Of a stretch of 64,000 nucleotides of DNA, positions 27,737 through 37,632 are shown one piece after another; position 1 is the stretch's first letter, and every line of letters begins with the position of its first letter. The notes under the pieces are model-generated. The model did not search any database. It saw only the letters and a program-made list of their open reading frames with translations, and was not told the origin of the DNA. Origin of the DNA: an uncultured Fibrobacteria bacterium (GTDB lineage Bacteria > Fibrobacterota > Fibrobacteria > UBA11236). The position numbers were made by a program, and so were the translations under genes. The stretch is from contig OY970309.1 of NCBI GenBank assembly GCA_963716395.1, forward strand, positions 3,392,001 to 3,456,000, in the 5' to 3' direction.

Positions 27737-27848
27737 TTCGGATCAAACACCAATCCCGATTATCCACAGCTCCGAGTCGAAATGATTGTCATCGCCGTGA
27801 TTCTGGAATTTGCCGTTCGCGCCGATGGAAAAGGAAATCCGGTCTGGC

Positions 27849-29252
27849 TTAATCCACTTCCCAGCGCCGGATGGTGTTGGTGCGGTTCTTGCCGTGGATG
27901 GGATAGCCGAACACGAAAACCACCACGTCGCCGCGCCGCACCAGTCCGCGCGCTTTCAATTCGGCCTCGATTTTGCGGAATACGGTTTCAGCTTCACGCA
28001 CCGGTTCGATGCGGATGGGATACACCGAATAGTACAGCGCGGCGCGGTGGTAGATGGCCGGCCGCGTGCAAGCCACTACGATGGGGATGTTGCCGCGATA
28101 GGTGGAAAGAATGCGCGGCGTGGAGCCGTGCGTGCTGATGGTGATGAGCACCTTGGCGCCGGAGCTGAGGCTGAGATACAGTCCGGCCTCACAGGTGAGC
28201 GCGATGGATTCGGAATGCGGCACGCTGATGATGTCTTCTTCGAGGTTGCGTTCCGCCGCGCGGATGATGCGATCCATCATGGCCACGGTTTGCACGGGAT
28301 ATTTTCCGGCCGCGGTTTCGCCCGACAGCATGAGCCCGTCGACGCGGGCCAGGGCGCCGGTAGAAACGTCGCTCACCTCGGCGCGCGTGGGCAGCGGATT
28401 CTCCATCATGGTCTCGAGCATTTGCGTGGCCACCAAGGTGAGCTTGCCGAACTCGCGCGCGAGGTGCACGATATTGCGCTGGATGGTGGGAATGCGCTCC
28501 AAATCCAACTCGACGCCCAAATCCCCGCGCGCCACCATCACGCCGTCCGAGGCTTCGACGATGGCGCGCAGATGCTCCACCGCCGCGGCGTTTTCGATCT
28601 TGGAAATGATGGGAATGTGTAAGTTCAACCGGCGGCAAAAGGCCCGCAACCGATCCAGGTCTTGAACCTGACTGACGAACGACGCCGCCACCCAATCGAA
28701 TCCGGCGCGGGCGATGAAGCGCAAATCGACTTGGTCTTTGCGCGTAGGAAAAGGCAATCCCAAATCCACGCCCGGCACGTTCAGCGATTTGCCCGGCTTG
28801 AGGGTACCGCCCCGCACCACCTTGCCGTGGGCGCGACCGTCGGCGCGCAATCCTTGGAATTCGATTTCGAGCTTGCCGTCGTCGAGCAGAATGCGCTGCC
28901 CCTTTTGCGCGCGCTTGAGCCAGCCCGCATGGGTGATGCCCACGGTGTTGCTCTCGGGATGACCGGCGCCGCGGGTCAGGGTGACCGCAGCGCCCGGCGC
29001 CAGCAAATAGGTCTTGCGATCGACGCGGATTTTCGGGCCCATCAAATCGGCGAGCACGGCGCAGGGCCGGTCCAGACGCTGCGCCGTTTCGCGCACCAAG
29101 CGCAGGTAACGCAGGTGTTGCGCCGGATCGCCGTGGGAAAAATTGATGCGCACCGCATCGGCCCCGGCGCGCAGCGCCGCCTCAAGCACCGACGGGTCTT
29201 CCAGGGCCGGCCCCATGGTCATCAGGATCTTGGAACGGCGCAAGGTGAGCAT
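27849..29252 (-). CDS. pyk: Pyruvate kinase
   Basis: RINFSHG, DLMGPKIR, ISKIEN, MVARGDLGVE, ATQMLETM, MLSGETAAGKYP. Confidence 0.97.
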   Translation of the reverse strand: MLTLRRSKILMTMGPALEDPSVLEAALRAGADAVRINFSHGDPAQHLRYLRLVRETAQRLDRPCAVLADLMGPKIRVDRKTYLLAPGAAVTLTRGAGHPESNTVGITHAGWLKRAQKGQRILLDDGKLEIEFQGLRADGRAHGKVVRGGTLKPGKSLNVPGVDLGLPFPTRKDQVDLRFIARAGFDWVAASFVSQVQDLDRLRAFCRRLNLHIPIISKIENAAAVEHLRAIVEASDGVMVARGDLGVELDLERIPTIQRNIVHLAREFGKLTLVATQMLETMMENPLPTRAEVSDVSTGALARVDGLMLSGETAAGKYPVQTVAMMDRIIRAAERNLEEDIISVPHSESIALTCEAGLYLSLSSGAKVLITISTHGSTPRILSTYRGNIPIVVACTRPAIYHRAALYYSVYPIRIEPVREAETVFRKIEAELKARGLVRRGDVVVFVFGYPIHGKNRTNTIRRWEVD

Positions 29253-29354
29253 AGATTAAAGTTAACCCACCTTGGCATTCCCCGTTGCGATTCGCCCGCG
29301 GCTGACCTACTCTTTACCGGCCATCGGGCCGCGGCCCTCCCCGGAAAGAAGAAC

Positions 29355-30464
29355 ATGCTTACGGCTTTGGGTTGGATCTTGGCAGCCGTGTACGCGGCCT
29401 TTCTGGTGTTTTGCTTCCGCGGCGCCCGCGCCTTGCGCCGCGCCCGGCCGGTCGAGCCTGCGGGCCGGCCCTCGGTCACCGTGGTGGTGCCGCTGCGCAA
29501 CGAAGAACACCATGCGGCGGAAACTTTGGCCGCCCTCGCCCAACAGGATTACACCGGTGAGTGGCATGTCGTGTGCGTCGATGATCGCTCCACCGACCGC
29601 ACGCCCGCAATCCTGGCAGCATTTTGCGCCATGAATCCGCGCTTCACCTGGTTTTCCATTCACCTGGACGCCCCCGCCGTGCCCAGCCCGAAAAAGCGGG
29701 CGCTGGCCGAAGGGTTCTCCCGCGCCCGCGGCGAAGTGCTGATGACCACCGATGCCGATTGTTTACCGCCCCCGGGTTGGCTGCGCGCCTTGGCCGAAGC
29801 CTTCGCGCCCGCCGTCGGAATCGTGCAGGGGCCGAAGCGCATCCGCGCGGCCGGCGGCCTGCTGCAACGTTATCAGGAAGTGGAAGTGTTCGGCCTGGTC
29901 AGCATTGAAGCCGCTTCCTTTGCCTTGGGCCGCCCCCTGTTGGCCAGCGCGCCTTCCCTGGCCTATCGCCGCGAACTCTACCAAGCCGTGGGCGGATTCG
30001 CGGGTATCGAAGACAGCGTGTCGGGCGACGACGATTTGCTGGTGCGCAAAATGCTGCGGCGGGGAGGATTCACCGTGCGCTATGTGCCCGACGTACAGGC
30101 CTGTGTAACCACGGGCCCCGCGCCTTCGTGGCCGGCCATGCTGCAGCAACGCGCGCGCTGGGCCAGCAACGGAACGCGCTATCCGGAAAAGGGATTCGTT
30201 GCCGCGTTGGGCGGATTGTATCTGTTTTACGCGTGGCTTTTTTTTGCGCCGCTGGGCGCGGCATTGGGATGCATTCCCTGGTCCAGCGTGGCGCTGCTGT
30301 GGATTCTCAAAATCGGATTGAACGGAATTTTTCTGGCGCAAACCGCGCCGATACTGGGCCTGCGCGGCCTGGGCCGCGACTTGGTATGGTGCGAAATCCT
30401 GCATGTCCCCATTGTCCTTCTCGCCGTGCCCATGGGTCGTTTCGGTTGGTATCGCTGGCGGTGA
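29355..30464 (+). CDS. Membrane GT2 glycosyltransferase
   Basis: N-terminal TM, VVVPLRNEE, VDDRSTD, TTDADC, SGDDDLL, QRARW and C-terminal TMs. Start placed at the ATG at 29355; the upstream extension is a shadow of pyk. Confidence 0.9.
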   Translation: MLTALGWILAAVYAAFLVFCFRGARALRRARPVEPAGRPSVTVVVPLRNEEHHAAETLAALAQQDYTGEWHVVCVDDRSTDRTPAILAAFCAMNPRFTWFSIHLDAPAVPSPKKRALAEGFSRARGEVLMTTDADCLPPPGWLRALAEAFAPAVGIVQGPKRIRAAGGLLQRYQEVEVFGLVSIEAASFALGRPLLASAPSLAYRRELYQAVGGFAGIEDSVSGDDDLLVRKMLRRGGFTVRYVPDVQACVTTGPAPSWPAMLQQRARWASNGTRYPEKGFVAALGGLYLFYAWLFFAPLGAALGCIPWSSVALLWILKIGLNGIFLAQTAPILGLRGLGRDLVWCEILHVPIVLLAVPMGRFGWYRWR

Positions 30465-30517
30465 CGGCGGGGTTGAGTTGATATCTTAAACCCCGTTCGG
30501 CGGCCCGGAGGATATTT

Positions 30518-30994
30518 ATGTCTGGTGTCAAATACCTGCCCCGCTTGGCGGACGCGGCGGCCTTGCTGGGATTGGGTTTACTTCTCACCGCTTCGGATTG
30601 CCACAACAGCGTCATCATCACCCCGCCGGTCAATGCCGAAATCTGCAACAATGGCATCGACGACGACGGCAACGGCCTCACCGACTGCCGCGATCCCGTC
30701 TGTTTCACCAGCGCTTATTGCCGGCCGGCGCTGACCATCAATCCGGTTTCCACTCCCGTCGCGTTTGACACCTTGACGCTGACGGGCACCCAGCAGAACG
30801 CGGCTTCGATTACGGCCAGCATCTCGCCGGTGATCAACGGCCGCGGCGGATCGGCCGTGCTGTCGGGATCTTCCTGGTCGTTGCAGCTCACCGATCTGAT
30901 CAACGGCACCACCACGGTGACCTTGGTGGCCGTGGATTCCACCGGCGCGCTGCAAGACACTCTCCCGGTTACGTTCACCGTGGTTCTGCCCTGA
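30518..30994 (+). CDS. Putative lipoprotein with Cys/Asp-rich motif and Ig-like domain
   Basis: GGAG RBS; lipobox-like LLLTASDC; EICNNGIDDDGNGLTDCRDPVC; Thr/Ser-rich beta-sandwich-like C-terminus. Confidence 0.8.
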   Translation: MSGVKYLPRLADAAALLGLGLLLTASDCHNSVIITPPVNAEICNNGIDDDGNGLTDCRDPVCFTSAYCRPALTINPVSTPVAFDTLTLTGTQQNAASITASISPVINGRGGSAVLSGSSWSLQLTDLINGTTTVTLVAVDSTGALQDTLPVTFTVVLP

Positions 30995-31917
30995 TGATTT
31001 TTTGGGCCGTGGCTTCGGCTTTGTGGTTGGGAGCGGCGCCCGCTGCGGATACCTCTTCCTGCCGCGCTTTCGGCACCGGACTGCAGCCGGTGAGTTTCGA
31101 CGCGAACTTTTTTCACACAGCCGAATCCTGCCTGCGCGTAAATCCGGCGGCCTTTCGCTCCGTATGCGACGGGATGACGGATTATCGCCGCGGCTTTTTT
31201 ACCGAAGCCGCGCTGGACGCGGGCTATCCGGACCTGGCGCGGCGATTCTTGCCCGCCGACCCGGTCGCATCGAAGTTACTCCCGCTGGTGCGCATCGCCC
31301 AGGCGCGCCTGGCGGCCGCCGCCGGCCGTTGGCGCGTCGCCGACTCCCTGCTCGCCGCCTGGAAAAACAATCCCGAGCGCCAGGGCGGCAGCGGCACCGT
31401 GCTGTTCTGGCAGGGCTGGTCGGCGGCTATGCAAAACCGTCGCGCCGCCGCGGATTCGTTGTTCATGCTCTCCAGCGCCTATGCCGAAGAAGCGAGCGCG
31501 CAAAAAGCCCTCGCCTACCGCTTCGCCACCTTGTTAGATACCGGCGCCGCCTGGTCGGCCTATGTGCACGGACTGCCCGAAAGCCCTTGGTCCGATTCGG
31601 CGCGGCTGGGTGCCTTGCAAGGCGTACCGGTGGCTTCTCCGCTGCACCCTTATGCGCTTTGGCAAGAAGCCGAGTGGTTCGCTCGTGCCGGAAAACGCCC
31701 ACAGGCCAAAGCGGTGCTGGCGGAACTGGCCCAAAATACGGAATCTTTGCCGGGCCGGCGCGCCGCCGTGCAACTGGCTTGGTTTAAGGAATCGCAGGCT
31801 CCGGATTCGGCTCTTGCCGCTTATGAACGCCTGCTCTTAGAATATCAACAAGGCGTGCCCGCGGAATTCGCGCGCAGCCGGATCAAAGCAATGACCCCGG
31901 AAAACCCAAGCCCATGA
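30994..31917 (+). CDS. Exported helical-repeat (TPR-like) hypothetical protein
   Basis: Signal peptide; TPR-like helices (AYERLLLEYQQGVPAEFARSRI); start overlaps the upstream stop (TGATG). Confidence 0.7.
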   Translation: MIFWAVASALWLGAAPAADTSSCRAFGTGLQPVSFDANFFHTAESCLRVNPAAFRSVCDGMTDYRRGFFTEAALDAGYPDLARRFLPADPVASKLLPLVRIAQARLAAAAGRWRVADSLLAAWKNNPERQGGSGTVLFWQGWSAAMQNRRAAADSLFMLSSAYAEEASAQKALAYRFATLLDTGAAWSAYVHGLPESPWSDSARLGALQGVPVASPLHPYALWQEAEWFARAGKRPQAKAVLAELAQNTESLPGRRAAVQLAWFKESQAPDSALAAYERLLLEYQQGVPAEFARSRIKAMTPENPSP

Positions 31918-32159
31918 GCATTCGGTGGATACGCAATGTGGAAGTCGACGGCAAGCCTTCGACCTTGGAGATCATGTTGGGTTGGTCGAAAATCGCGGAC
32001 AAATGCTATATCCGGATCGGCAATGAAGAAGAATATCGGTTCCGGCCCTCTTCCGATTCCCGCGCCGCGGTGCTGGAGCAGGGACTCGCGCTTTTACGCC
32101 GCCGGCTCGAAGGGCATGCGGTCCAAACCGCGGCCGGCGCCGCGTACGGATGGAATTAA
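31914..32159 (+). CDS. Small hypothetical protein (81 aa)
   Basis: ATGA overlap with the upstream gene; globular-looking composition. Confidence 0.65.
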   Translation: MSIRWIRNVEVDGKPSTLEIMLGWSKIADKCYIRIGNEEEYRFRPSSDSRAAVLEQGLALLRRRLEGHAVQTAAGAAYGWN

Positions 32160-32216
32160 TTCTTTCCCAGGCCGGGCGGAAACCAGGCTCAAGCCGTCGG
32201 CGCGGATGCAGGCGCC

Positions 32217-34673
32217 ATGACCGAAGGCGGCAAGCGCTTTGTGGTCGTTCACGGCCACTTCTACCAACCGCCGCGGGAAAACCCCTGGGTCGATGCCGTG
32301 GAAATGCAGCCTTCGGCTTGGCCGCATCACGATTGGAACGAACGCGTGTACGCCGAATGCTATGCGCCCAACGGATCGTCACGCCTGCTCGACGACAAGG
32401 GCCGCATTCGCGACATCGTCAACAACTACGCCCATTTCAGCTTCGACGTGGGGCCCACCCTGATGTCGTGGATCGAGGAAAAACACCGCGACACCTACGA
32501 ACACATCCTGGCCGGCGACCGAATCAGCCGGGAACGCCTCGGGCACGGGAACGCCCTGGCGCATGTCTACAACCACCTCATCATGCCCCTGGCCACGGCC
32601 GACGAGAAGAGCTTACAGATCCGCTGGGGTATCCGCGACTTCGAGCGCCGCTTCGGCCGCAAACCCGAAGGCATGTGGCTGGCCGAAACCGCCATCGACA
32701 TGGAAACCGTGTGCTGCCTTATCCGCGAAGGCATCCGCTTCACCGTGCTCGCCCCCACCCAGGCCCTGCGCATGCGGCCGTTGTCGTCCGAGCATTGGAA
32801 AGACGTCTCGGACAACAGCATCAATCCCCACCGGCCCTACCGGATTTTTCCGCTGGATGAAGACGGCACGCCCCTGGAAAAAGGCTATCTCGACGTCTTT
32901 TTCTACGACGGCCCGCTGTCGCATGGCGTAGGTTTCGAGCACCTGCTCACCGACGCGCACCGTTTCGCCGATCACATCGCGCAATCCTTCGATCCGCATG
33001 ACCTGGGCGATCAATTGGTGTCGGTATGCACCGACGGCGAATCGTACGGCCATCACGAGGCCTTTGCCGACATGTGCGCCGCCTACTTTTTCCGGGAACT
33101 GTGCGCCCCGCGCGGCTTGGTGCCGGTGAATTACGCCTGGTATCTCGAACGGCATCCCCCCGAGTTCGAAGTTCGCATCAAGAACGCCTACTCCGGCGGC
33201 ACGGCCTGGTCCTGCGCGCATGGCGTGGGGAGGTGGAAGGAAGATTGCGGTTGTTCCACGGGCGCGGCGCCGGGCTGGAATCAGAAATGGCGTGCGCCCT
33301 TGCGCGCGGCCCTCGACGTGCTGGCCCAGGCTGCCAGCGCCGTGTTCAACCGTGAAGGACCGGAGCGTTTTCACACCTGGGAGGAGGCGCGCTCGCAGGC
33401 TCCGGAAGCCTGGGATTTGAACCCGGACGTACGCCAGGATTATTGGCGGCGCCATGGCCGCGAAGGCGCCGACGGCAAAGCCCGCGAACTGATCGAACTT
33501 TTGCGCTTTTCACATTATATGTACACCAGTTGCGGCTGGTTTTTCGCCGACATCACTGGACTCGAAACCGCCCAGGTGCTGAAATACGCGTTACGCGTGC
33601 TGCAATTGCTGGAAGCGCGCAATCCCACGGCGAATCTGCGCACCCGCTTTTTGACCCACTTGGCCGAAGCCAAATCCAATCTCGGCGGTAAACGCGGCGA
33701 CGAATTTTTTCAAGAACTGGAAAAAGGCGGCCTTCCGGTCACCGCCTTTTTGGCCTTGGCGCATTGGGCGCAAGAATTCTCCGGGGAATCCGTGGCGTAC
33801 GCCCGCACCCGCTATTACCGTTTTGTCGGCGAGAGCAAACGCAATTTCAGCGGATGGAGCGCGACCGAATTCCGGTTCCGCCACGAATTTGAAAACGCCG
33901 AAACCGCGGCCTGGCTGGCATTTACCGGCGATGGGATTGAAGCGCACACCTATGTTTTGCTGCCGGAAGCGCGCCAGCGCCTGGTGGAGCTCGACGCCGG
34001 CGGATTGCAGGGACCAGACGATCTCATGACCTTGGACGCGGTGGAACAATCGTTTCGGCTGGCCGCCGTGGAGTTGCCCATCGACATACGCGAGAAACTG
34101 GCCACGGCTTTGCGCAAGCGCTATTGGCGCGAAAATTCTTCCCCGCTGGCCGCCATCGAATTGCAACTGTCGCATCGCCGCAAGCAATACACCCGTCTCG
34201 ACTGGCCTTTCCCCAGCACCATGCTGCAGATGCTGCACGTCATCGAAAACTTCCACCTGGTGGAGGAGATCGAGATTGGGTTACGTGACGGCTCGGTGCG
34301 CAGCCTGGCCAAGGCGCGTGATTTGGCCCAACGTCTGCGCGGCGAAGGCTGGCATGTCCATCTCGGTGCCATCAAACGCGAGATGTACGAACGCATGCTC
34401 GATATGGGCCAAGACTTCATGACCCACACCGCCAGCTTGCAAATGGAATCGCTCTTTTTGCTGCTGGATTTGGTCGACATTCTCGGGTTGACCTCGGAAC
34501 GCACCCGCCTGGAAAACATCGCCTTTCCCCTGTACCTTATTCTTAGGGATTTTGTGGAAACGGGACAATTTGCCGCCCCGTTGCCGGTGTCCGAGGCCGT
34601 GCGACTTTTGGATAGATTAAATTTCAATACCGAGGCGGCCACAGCCCGGCTGCTTCCAAAGGCAGGAACGTGA
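32217..34673 (+). CDS. GH57 family glycoside hydrolase with DUF3536 domain
   Basis: HGHFYQPPRENPW, FGRKPEGMWLAET, TDGESYGHH, WSCAHGVGRWKEDCGC, MYTSCGWFF. Confidence 0.92.
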   Translation: MTEGGKRFVVVHGHFYQPPRENPWVDAVEMQPSAWPHHDWNERVYAECYAPNGSSRLLDDKGRIRDIVNNYAHFSFDVGPTLMSWIEEKHRDTYEHILAGDRISRERLGHGNALAHVYNHLIMPLATADEKSLQIRWGIRDFERRFGRKPEGMWLAETAIDMETVCCLIREGIRFTVLAPTQALRMRPLSSEHWKDVSDNSINPHRPYRIFPLDEDGTPLEKGYLDVFFYDGPLSHGVGFEHLLTDAHRFADHIAQSFDPHDLGDQLVSVCTDGESYGHHEAFADMCAAYFFRELCAPRGLVPVNYAWYLERHPPEFEVRIKNAYSGGTAWSCAHGVGRWKEDCGCSTGAAPGWNQKWRAPLRAALDVLAQAASAVFNREGPERFHTWEEARSQAPEAWDLNPDVRQDYWRRHGREGADGKARELIELLRFSHYMYTSCGWFFADITGLETAQVLKYALRVLQLLEARNPTANLRTRFLTHLAEAKSNLGGKRGDEFFQELEKGGLPVTAFLALAHWAQEFSGESVAYARTRYYRFVGESKRNFSGWSATEFRFRHEFENAETAAWLAFTGDGIEAHTYVLLPEARQRLVELDAGGLQGPDDLMTLDAVEQSFRLAAVELPIDIREKLATALRKRYWRENSSPLAAIELQLSHRRKQYTRLDWPFPSTMLQMLHVIENFHLVEEIEIGLRDGSVRSLAKARDLAQRLRGEGWHVHLGAIKREMYERMLDMGQDFMTHTASLQMESLFLLLDLVDILGLTSERTRLENIAFPLYLILRDFVETGQFAAPLPVSEAVRLLDRLNFNTEAATARLLPKAGT

Positions 34674-34933
34674 TGATTTCGGAATCCATTCTCGTCCTCA
34701 CCATCTTGGCCGCGGTTTTCATTACCGGCGCCTCGATGGGCCAGCTCATCCTGCGCATTCGCCTGGTTAAGCTGGAGCGGCTGAATCTGGAAATCGAACG
34801 GAAACGTTTGGCCGAATTGAAGAAAACCATGAATTCCCGGGCCATCATCATCGAGCACCGCGCTCCCGGACGTTATGAACGTGCCGTCAAAGAGGAGATC
34901 GATGAAATCCTGGGAGACCTTGAAAATCCCTGA
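34670..34933 (+). CDS. Small membrane-anchored hypothetical protein
   Basis: One N-terminal TM followed by a charged helix; overlaps the GH57 stop. Confidence 0.6.
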   Translation: MMISESILVLTILAAVFITGASMGQLILRIRLVKLERLNLEIERKRLAELKKTMNSRAIIIEHRAPGRYERAVKEEIDEILGDLENP

Positions 34934-35014
34934 AGCGCGGCCCGCCGGAGCCCACCTGTCCGGAACGGCCGCAACGCGGGCTACGGCGGCCGGTTTCCCT
35001 TGCGGTGTGAAACC

Positions 35015-36688
35015 ATGATACCCATTCTGACACTTTCGGAAATCAAGGACGTCGAGCGCAAAAGTTCCGCCGAACACGGCTTGTCGGAATTCGACATGAT
35101 CATGAGCGCCGGCGAAGCCGTCTTTCAATCCGTCAAGACCATGCTCGAAGAGGCCGAAGAAGACACCTACGATGATTACGATCTTCCGGAAGCGGATCAC
35201 CGCGGTCCGGATCGCGAAGACTCCGACGAGCGCGTGGAGGATGAAGACGAACCTCCGGTGGTGGCTTTTATCTGCGGCAAGGGCCATAACGGCGCCGACG
35301 CGCTGTCGGCGGCTTTGCTGACCTCGCAAGCCGGCTACGGCGTGGTGGTTTACCAGATTCATTCCGAGCGCTATTCGGGCGAGGTGCATCGGCTGATGCG
35401 ACAATTGGCCGACGCCGACATTCCTGTGCAATCCATCCGCACCGTGGTGGATTTGCCGGTGTTCCAAAACGTGGATCTCATCGTCGACGGCCTTTTGGGC
35501 AGCGGACTCAGGGGCGACCCCGAAGGCCTGTTGCAATCCCTCATCCACGGCATCAACCGCAGCGGCATTCCCGTACTCTCCATCGATGTGCCCTCGGGCG
35601 TCACCTGCGATTCCAGTTCGGTGCATGGCCCGGCGGTGCGCGCCTCGGCCACGCTGTGCCTGGGCGCCATGAAGCTGTCGGCCACCTTTTTCCCGTCGAG
35701 TTCGGCTTACGGCAAGGTGGGCTACAGCCCGATTTGCTTCGACGAAAAAATGCTGGTGTCGCAGCCCTCGCGCATGGAGATGTACACCGAAGACGATGCG
35801 CTGGAACATCTGCCCGTCAAAACTTTCCGCAGCACCAAATACAGCACGGGCAAGGTGCTGATTCTCGCCGGCAGCCGCGGCATGCACGGCGCCGCGGCCC
35901 TGGCCGCCAACGCGGCCTTGCGCGCGGGCGCGGGACTGGTGCGCGTGGTGGTGCCGGCCGGAATTTACCGCGATATTTCCGCGCATCTCCTGGAGGTAAT
36001 CGGCATGACGGCGGGAGCGGAAAGCGATTCGGCCTTCGCTCCCGAGCACATCGAATCCATCCGGCCCTGGCTGGATTGGGCCGACAGCATTCTCATCGGA
36101 CCCGGGCTCGGGAAAGATCCGCGGACCATGGAATTCCTGAATGCCATCATGCCCTCGCTGCTCGGACGCCGCGTGGTGGTCGACGGCGACGGCTTGGCCT
36201 ATTTCCATCCCGATCACCCCGAACGCCGGAACGGGCCGGGACTGGATCAATTTGTGATTACGCCCCATCCCGGCGAATACCGCCGCCTGGGCGGTCTCTA
36301 TGATTACGACACGCCGCTCGAGCTGCTCGAAGGCTTGCGGCGCTTCGCCCAATCGGGATCGCTGGGCATCGTGCTCAAAGGCGCCACCACCTTGTACACC
36401 GGCCCGGACGGCCGGCACGTGGTGATTCCCGCCGGCAACCCGGGCATGGCCACAGCCGGTTCCGGCGACGTGCTGGCGGGAATTCTCGCGGCCTTTCTGG
36501 CCAAAAGTACCCGGGCCGATGCCGCGCCCTTGGCGGTCTTCGCGCATGGCCGTTCCGGCGACGCCGCGCGCGGCGACCGCGGCACCTTGGGCATGGCGGC
36601 GTCCGATTTGATTCTTTATCTGCCCCTGGCGCTCAAGGATTTGGAAGATGCACGCCTCGATCTTGAAGAGGAACGCGAAGGGGAATAA
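35015..36688 (+). CDS. nnr: Bifunctional NAD(P)H-hydrate epimerase/dehydratase (NnrE-NnrD, YjeF)
   Basis: CGKGHNGAD, VDGLLGSG, SIDVPSG, GAGLVRV, IGPGLG, ITPHPGE, GNPGMATAGSGDVLAG. Confidence 0.95.
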   Translation: MIPILTLSEIKDVERKSSAEHGLSEFDMIMSAGEAVFQSVKTMLEEAEEDTYDDYDLPEADHRGPDREDSDERVEDEDEPPVVAFICGKGHNGADALSAALLTSQAGYGVVVYQIHSERYSGEVHRLMRQLADADIPVQSIRTVVDLPVFQNVDLIVDGLLGSGLRGDPEGLLQSLIHGINRSGIPVLSIDVPSGVTCDSSSVHGPAVRASATLCLGAMKLSATFFPSSSAYGKVGYSPICFDEKMLVSQPSRMEMYTEDDALEHLPVKTFRSTKYSTGKVLILAGSRGMHGAAALAANAALRAGAGLVRVVVPAGIYRDISAHLLEVIGMTAGAESDSAFAPEHIESIRPWLDWADSILIGPGLGKDPRTMEFLNAIMPSLLGRRVVVDGDGLAYFHPDHPERRNGPGLDQFVITPHPGEYRRLGGLYDYDTPLELLEGLRRFAQSGSLGIVLKGATTLYTGPDGRHVVIPAGNPGMATAGSGDVLAGILAAFLAKSTRADAAPLAVFAHGRSGDAARGDRGTLGMAASDLILYLPLALKDLEDARLDLEEEREGE

Positions 36689-36727
36689 CTCCCGAGTATC
36701 TCCTCCGTCGCCGTCACCCGCGGTCCG

Positions 36728-37507
36728 TTACGGAAACAAAGCGCGTAGCACCTCGTCGTGCAGCCAGCCATTGCTCGACAGCCCCGATCCCCCGGCCACG
36801 CCTTCGCGGCCGGCCAGACTGGTGAAGCGGCCGCCGGCTTCGGGAAGAATCACCCCGAAAGGCGCCACGTCCCAAATCTCCACCACGGGATCGGCCATGA
36901 TTTCGGCCGCGCCCACGGCCACCAGGAAATGCCCGTAGCAATCGCCCCAACCGCGGTGCAGCCGGGCCCGTCGCCGCAGGGCGGCCCAAGCCTCGCCGTA
37001 ACCCAGACGTTCCATGGTGGTGACGCTGCCGTCGAGAATCAGGGCGTCACCCAGGGTGGCGGTGGATGAAACCCGGCAGGCCCGGCCGTTGCGGAAGCAA
37101 CCGCCGCCCCGCCCGGCATGCAAGCGCTCGCCGAGCATGGGAAGATCCACGATCCCCAGCACCGGCTCGCCGCGTTCGAGCAACGCGATCAAAGTGCCGA
37201 ACAAAGGCACTTGATGGATGAAGGCTTTGGTGCCGTCGATGGGATCGATCACCCATTCGAATTCGCGGGCACCGGTTTCGCGGCCGAATTCTTCGCCGAT
37301 GATGCCGTACGCGGGCGTGGTCTGCGCCATGCGGGTGCGCAGCGCCTCTTCTACGGCCTTATCGGCCAAGGTCACCGGCGAGGCGTCGGCCTTCCACTCC
37401 ACCGCCAGTTGCGATCCAAAATGCCGGCGCAGCATACGCCGGCTGTCGTCGGCCAGCGACAGGGCAAACTCGAGTTCTTCCTGGAATGGCAGCATCCACT
37501 TCCCCAC
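36728..37507 (-). CDS. hisN: Inositol monophosphatase family protein, probably histidinol-phosphate phosphatase
   Basis: KADASPVTLADKAVE, GEEFG, WVIDPIDGTKAF, WGDCYG, WDVAP..EAGG. The family is certain; the HisN function is inferred. Confidence 0.75.
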   Translation of the reverse strand: MGKWMLPFQEELEFALSLADDSRRMLRRHFGSQLAVEWKADASPVTLADKAVEEALRTRMAQTTPAYGIIGEEFGRETGAREFEWVIDPIDGTKAFIHQVPLFGTLIALLERGEPVLGIVDLPMLGERLHAGRGGGCFRNGRACRVSSTATLGDALILDGSVTTMERLGYGEAWAALRRRARLHRGWGDCYGHFLVAVGAAEIMADPVVEIWDVAPFGVILPEAGGRFTSLAGREGVAGGSGLSSNGWLHDEVLRALFP

Positions 37508-37509
37508 CG

Positions 37510-37533
37510 AAAAAAAATCTTCCGCGTCCGGAA
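37510..37533 (-). terminator. Possible intrinsic terminator or attenuator just upstream of hisN
   Basis: On the minus strand a TTCCG-GACG-CGGAA hairpin followed by GA and a T8 run. Confidence 0.4.
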
Positions 37534-37632
37534 ATTAGGTAAAGTCGCCCGACGGCAAAATGAACGTTACTCCGTCTGCGACGGACAGCACGCAGACTTT
37601 CGACGGATGGAGTATCGCTTCTAAAGCGTAAA

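Noticed and set aside
28662-29354. Apparent 231-aa N-terminal extension of the GT2 gene
   Set aside because: It is antisense to pyk; the real protein begins at the TM segment at the ATG at 29355.
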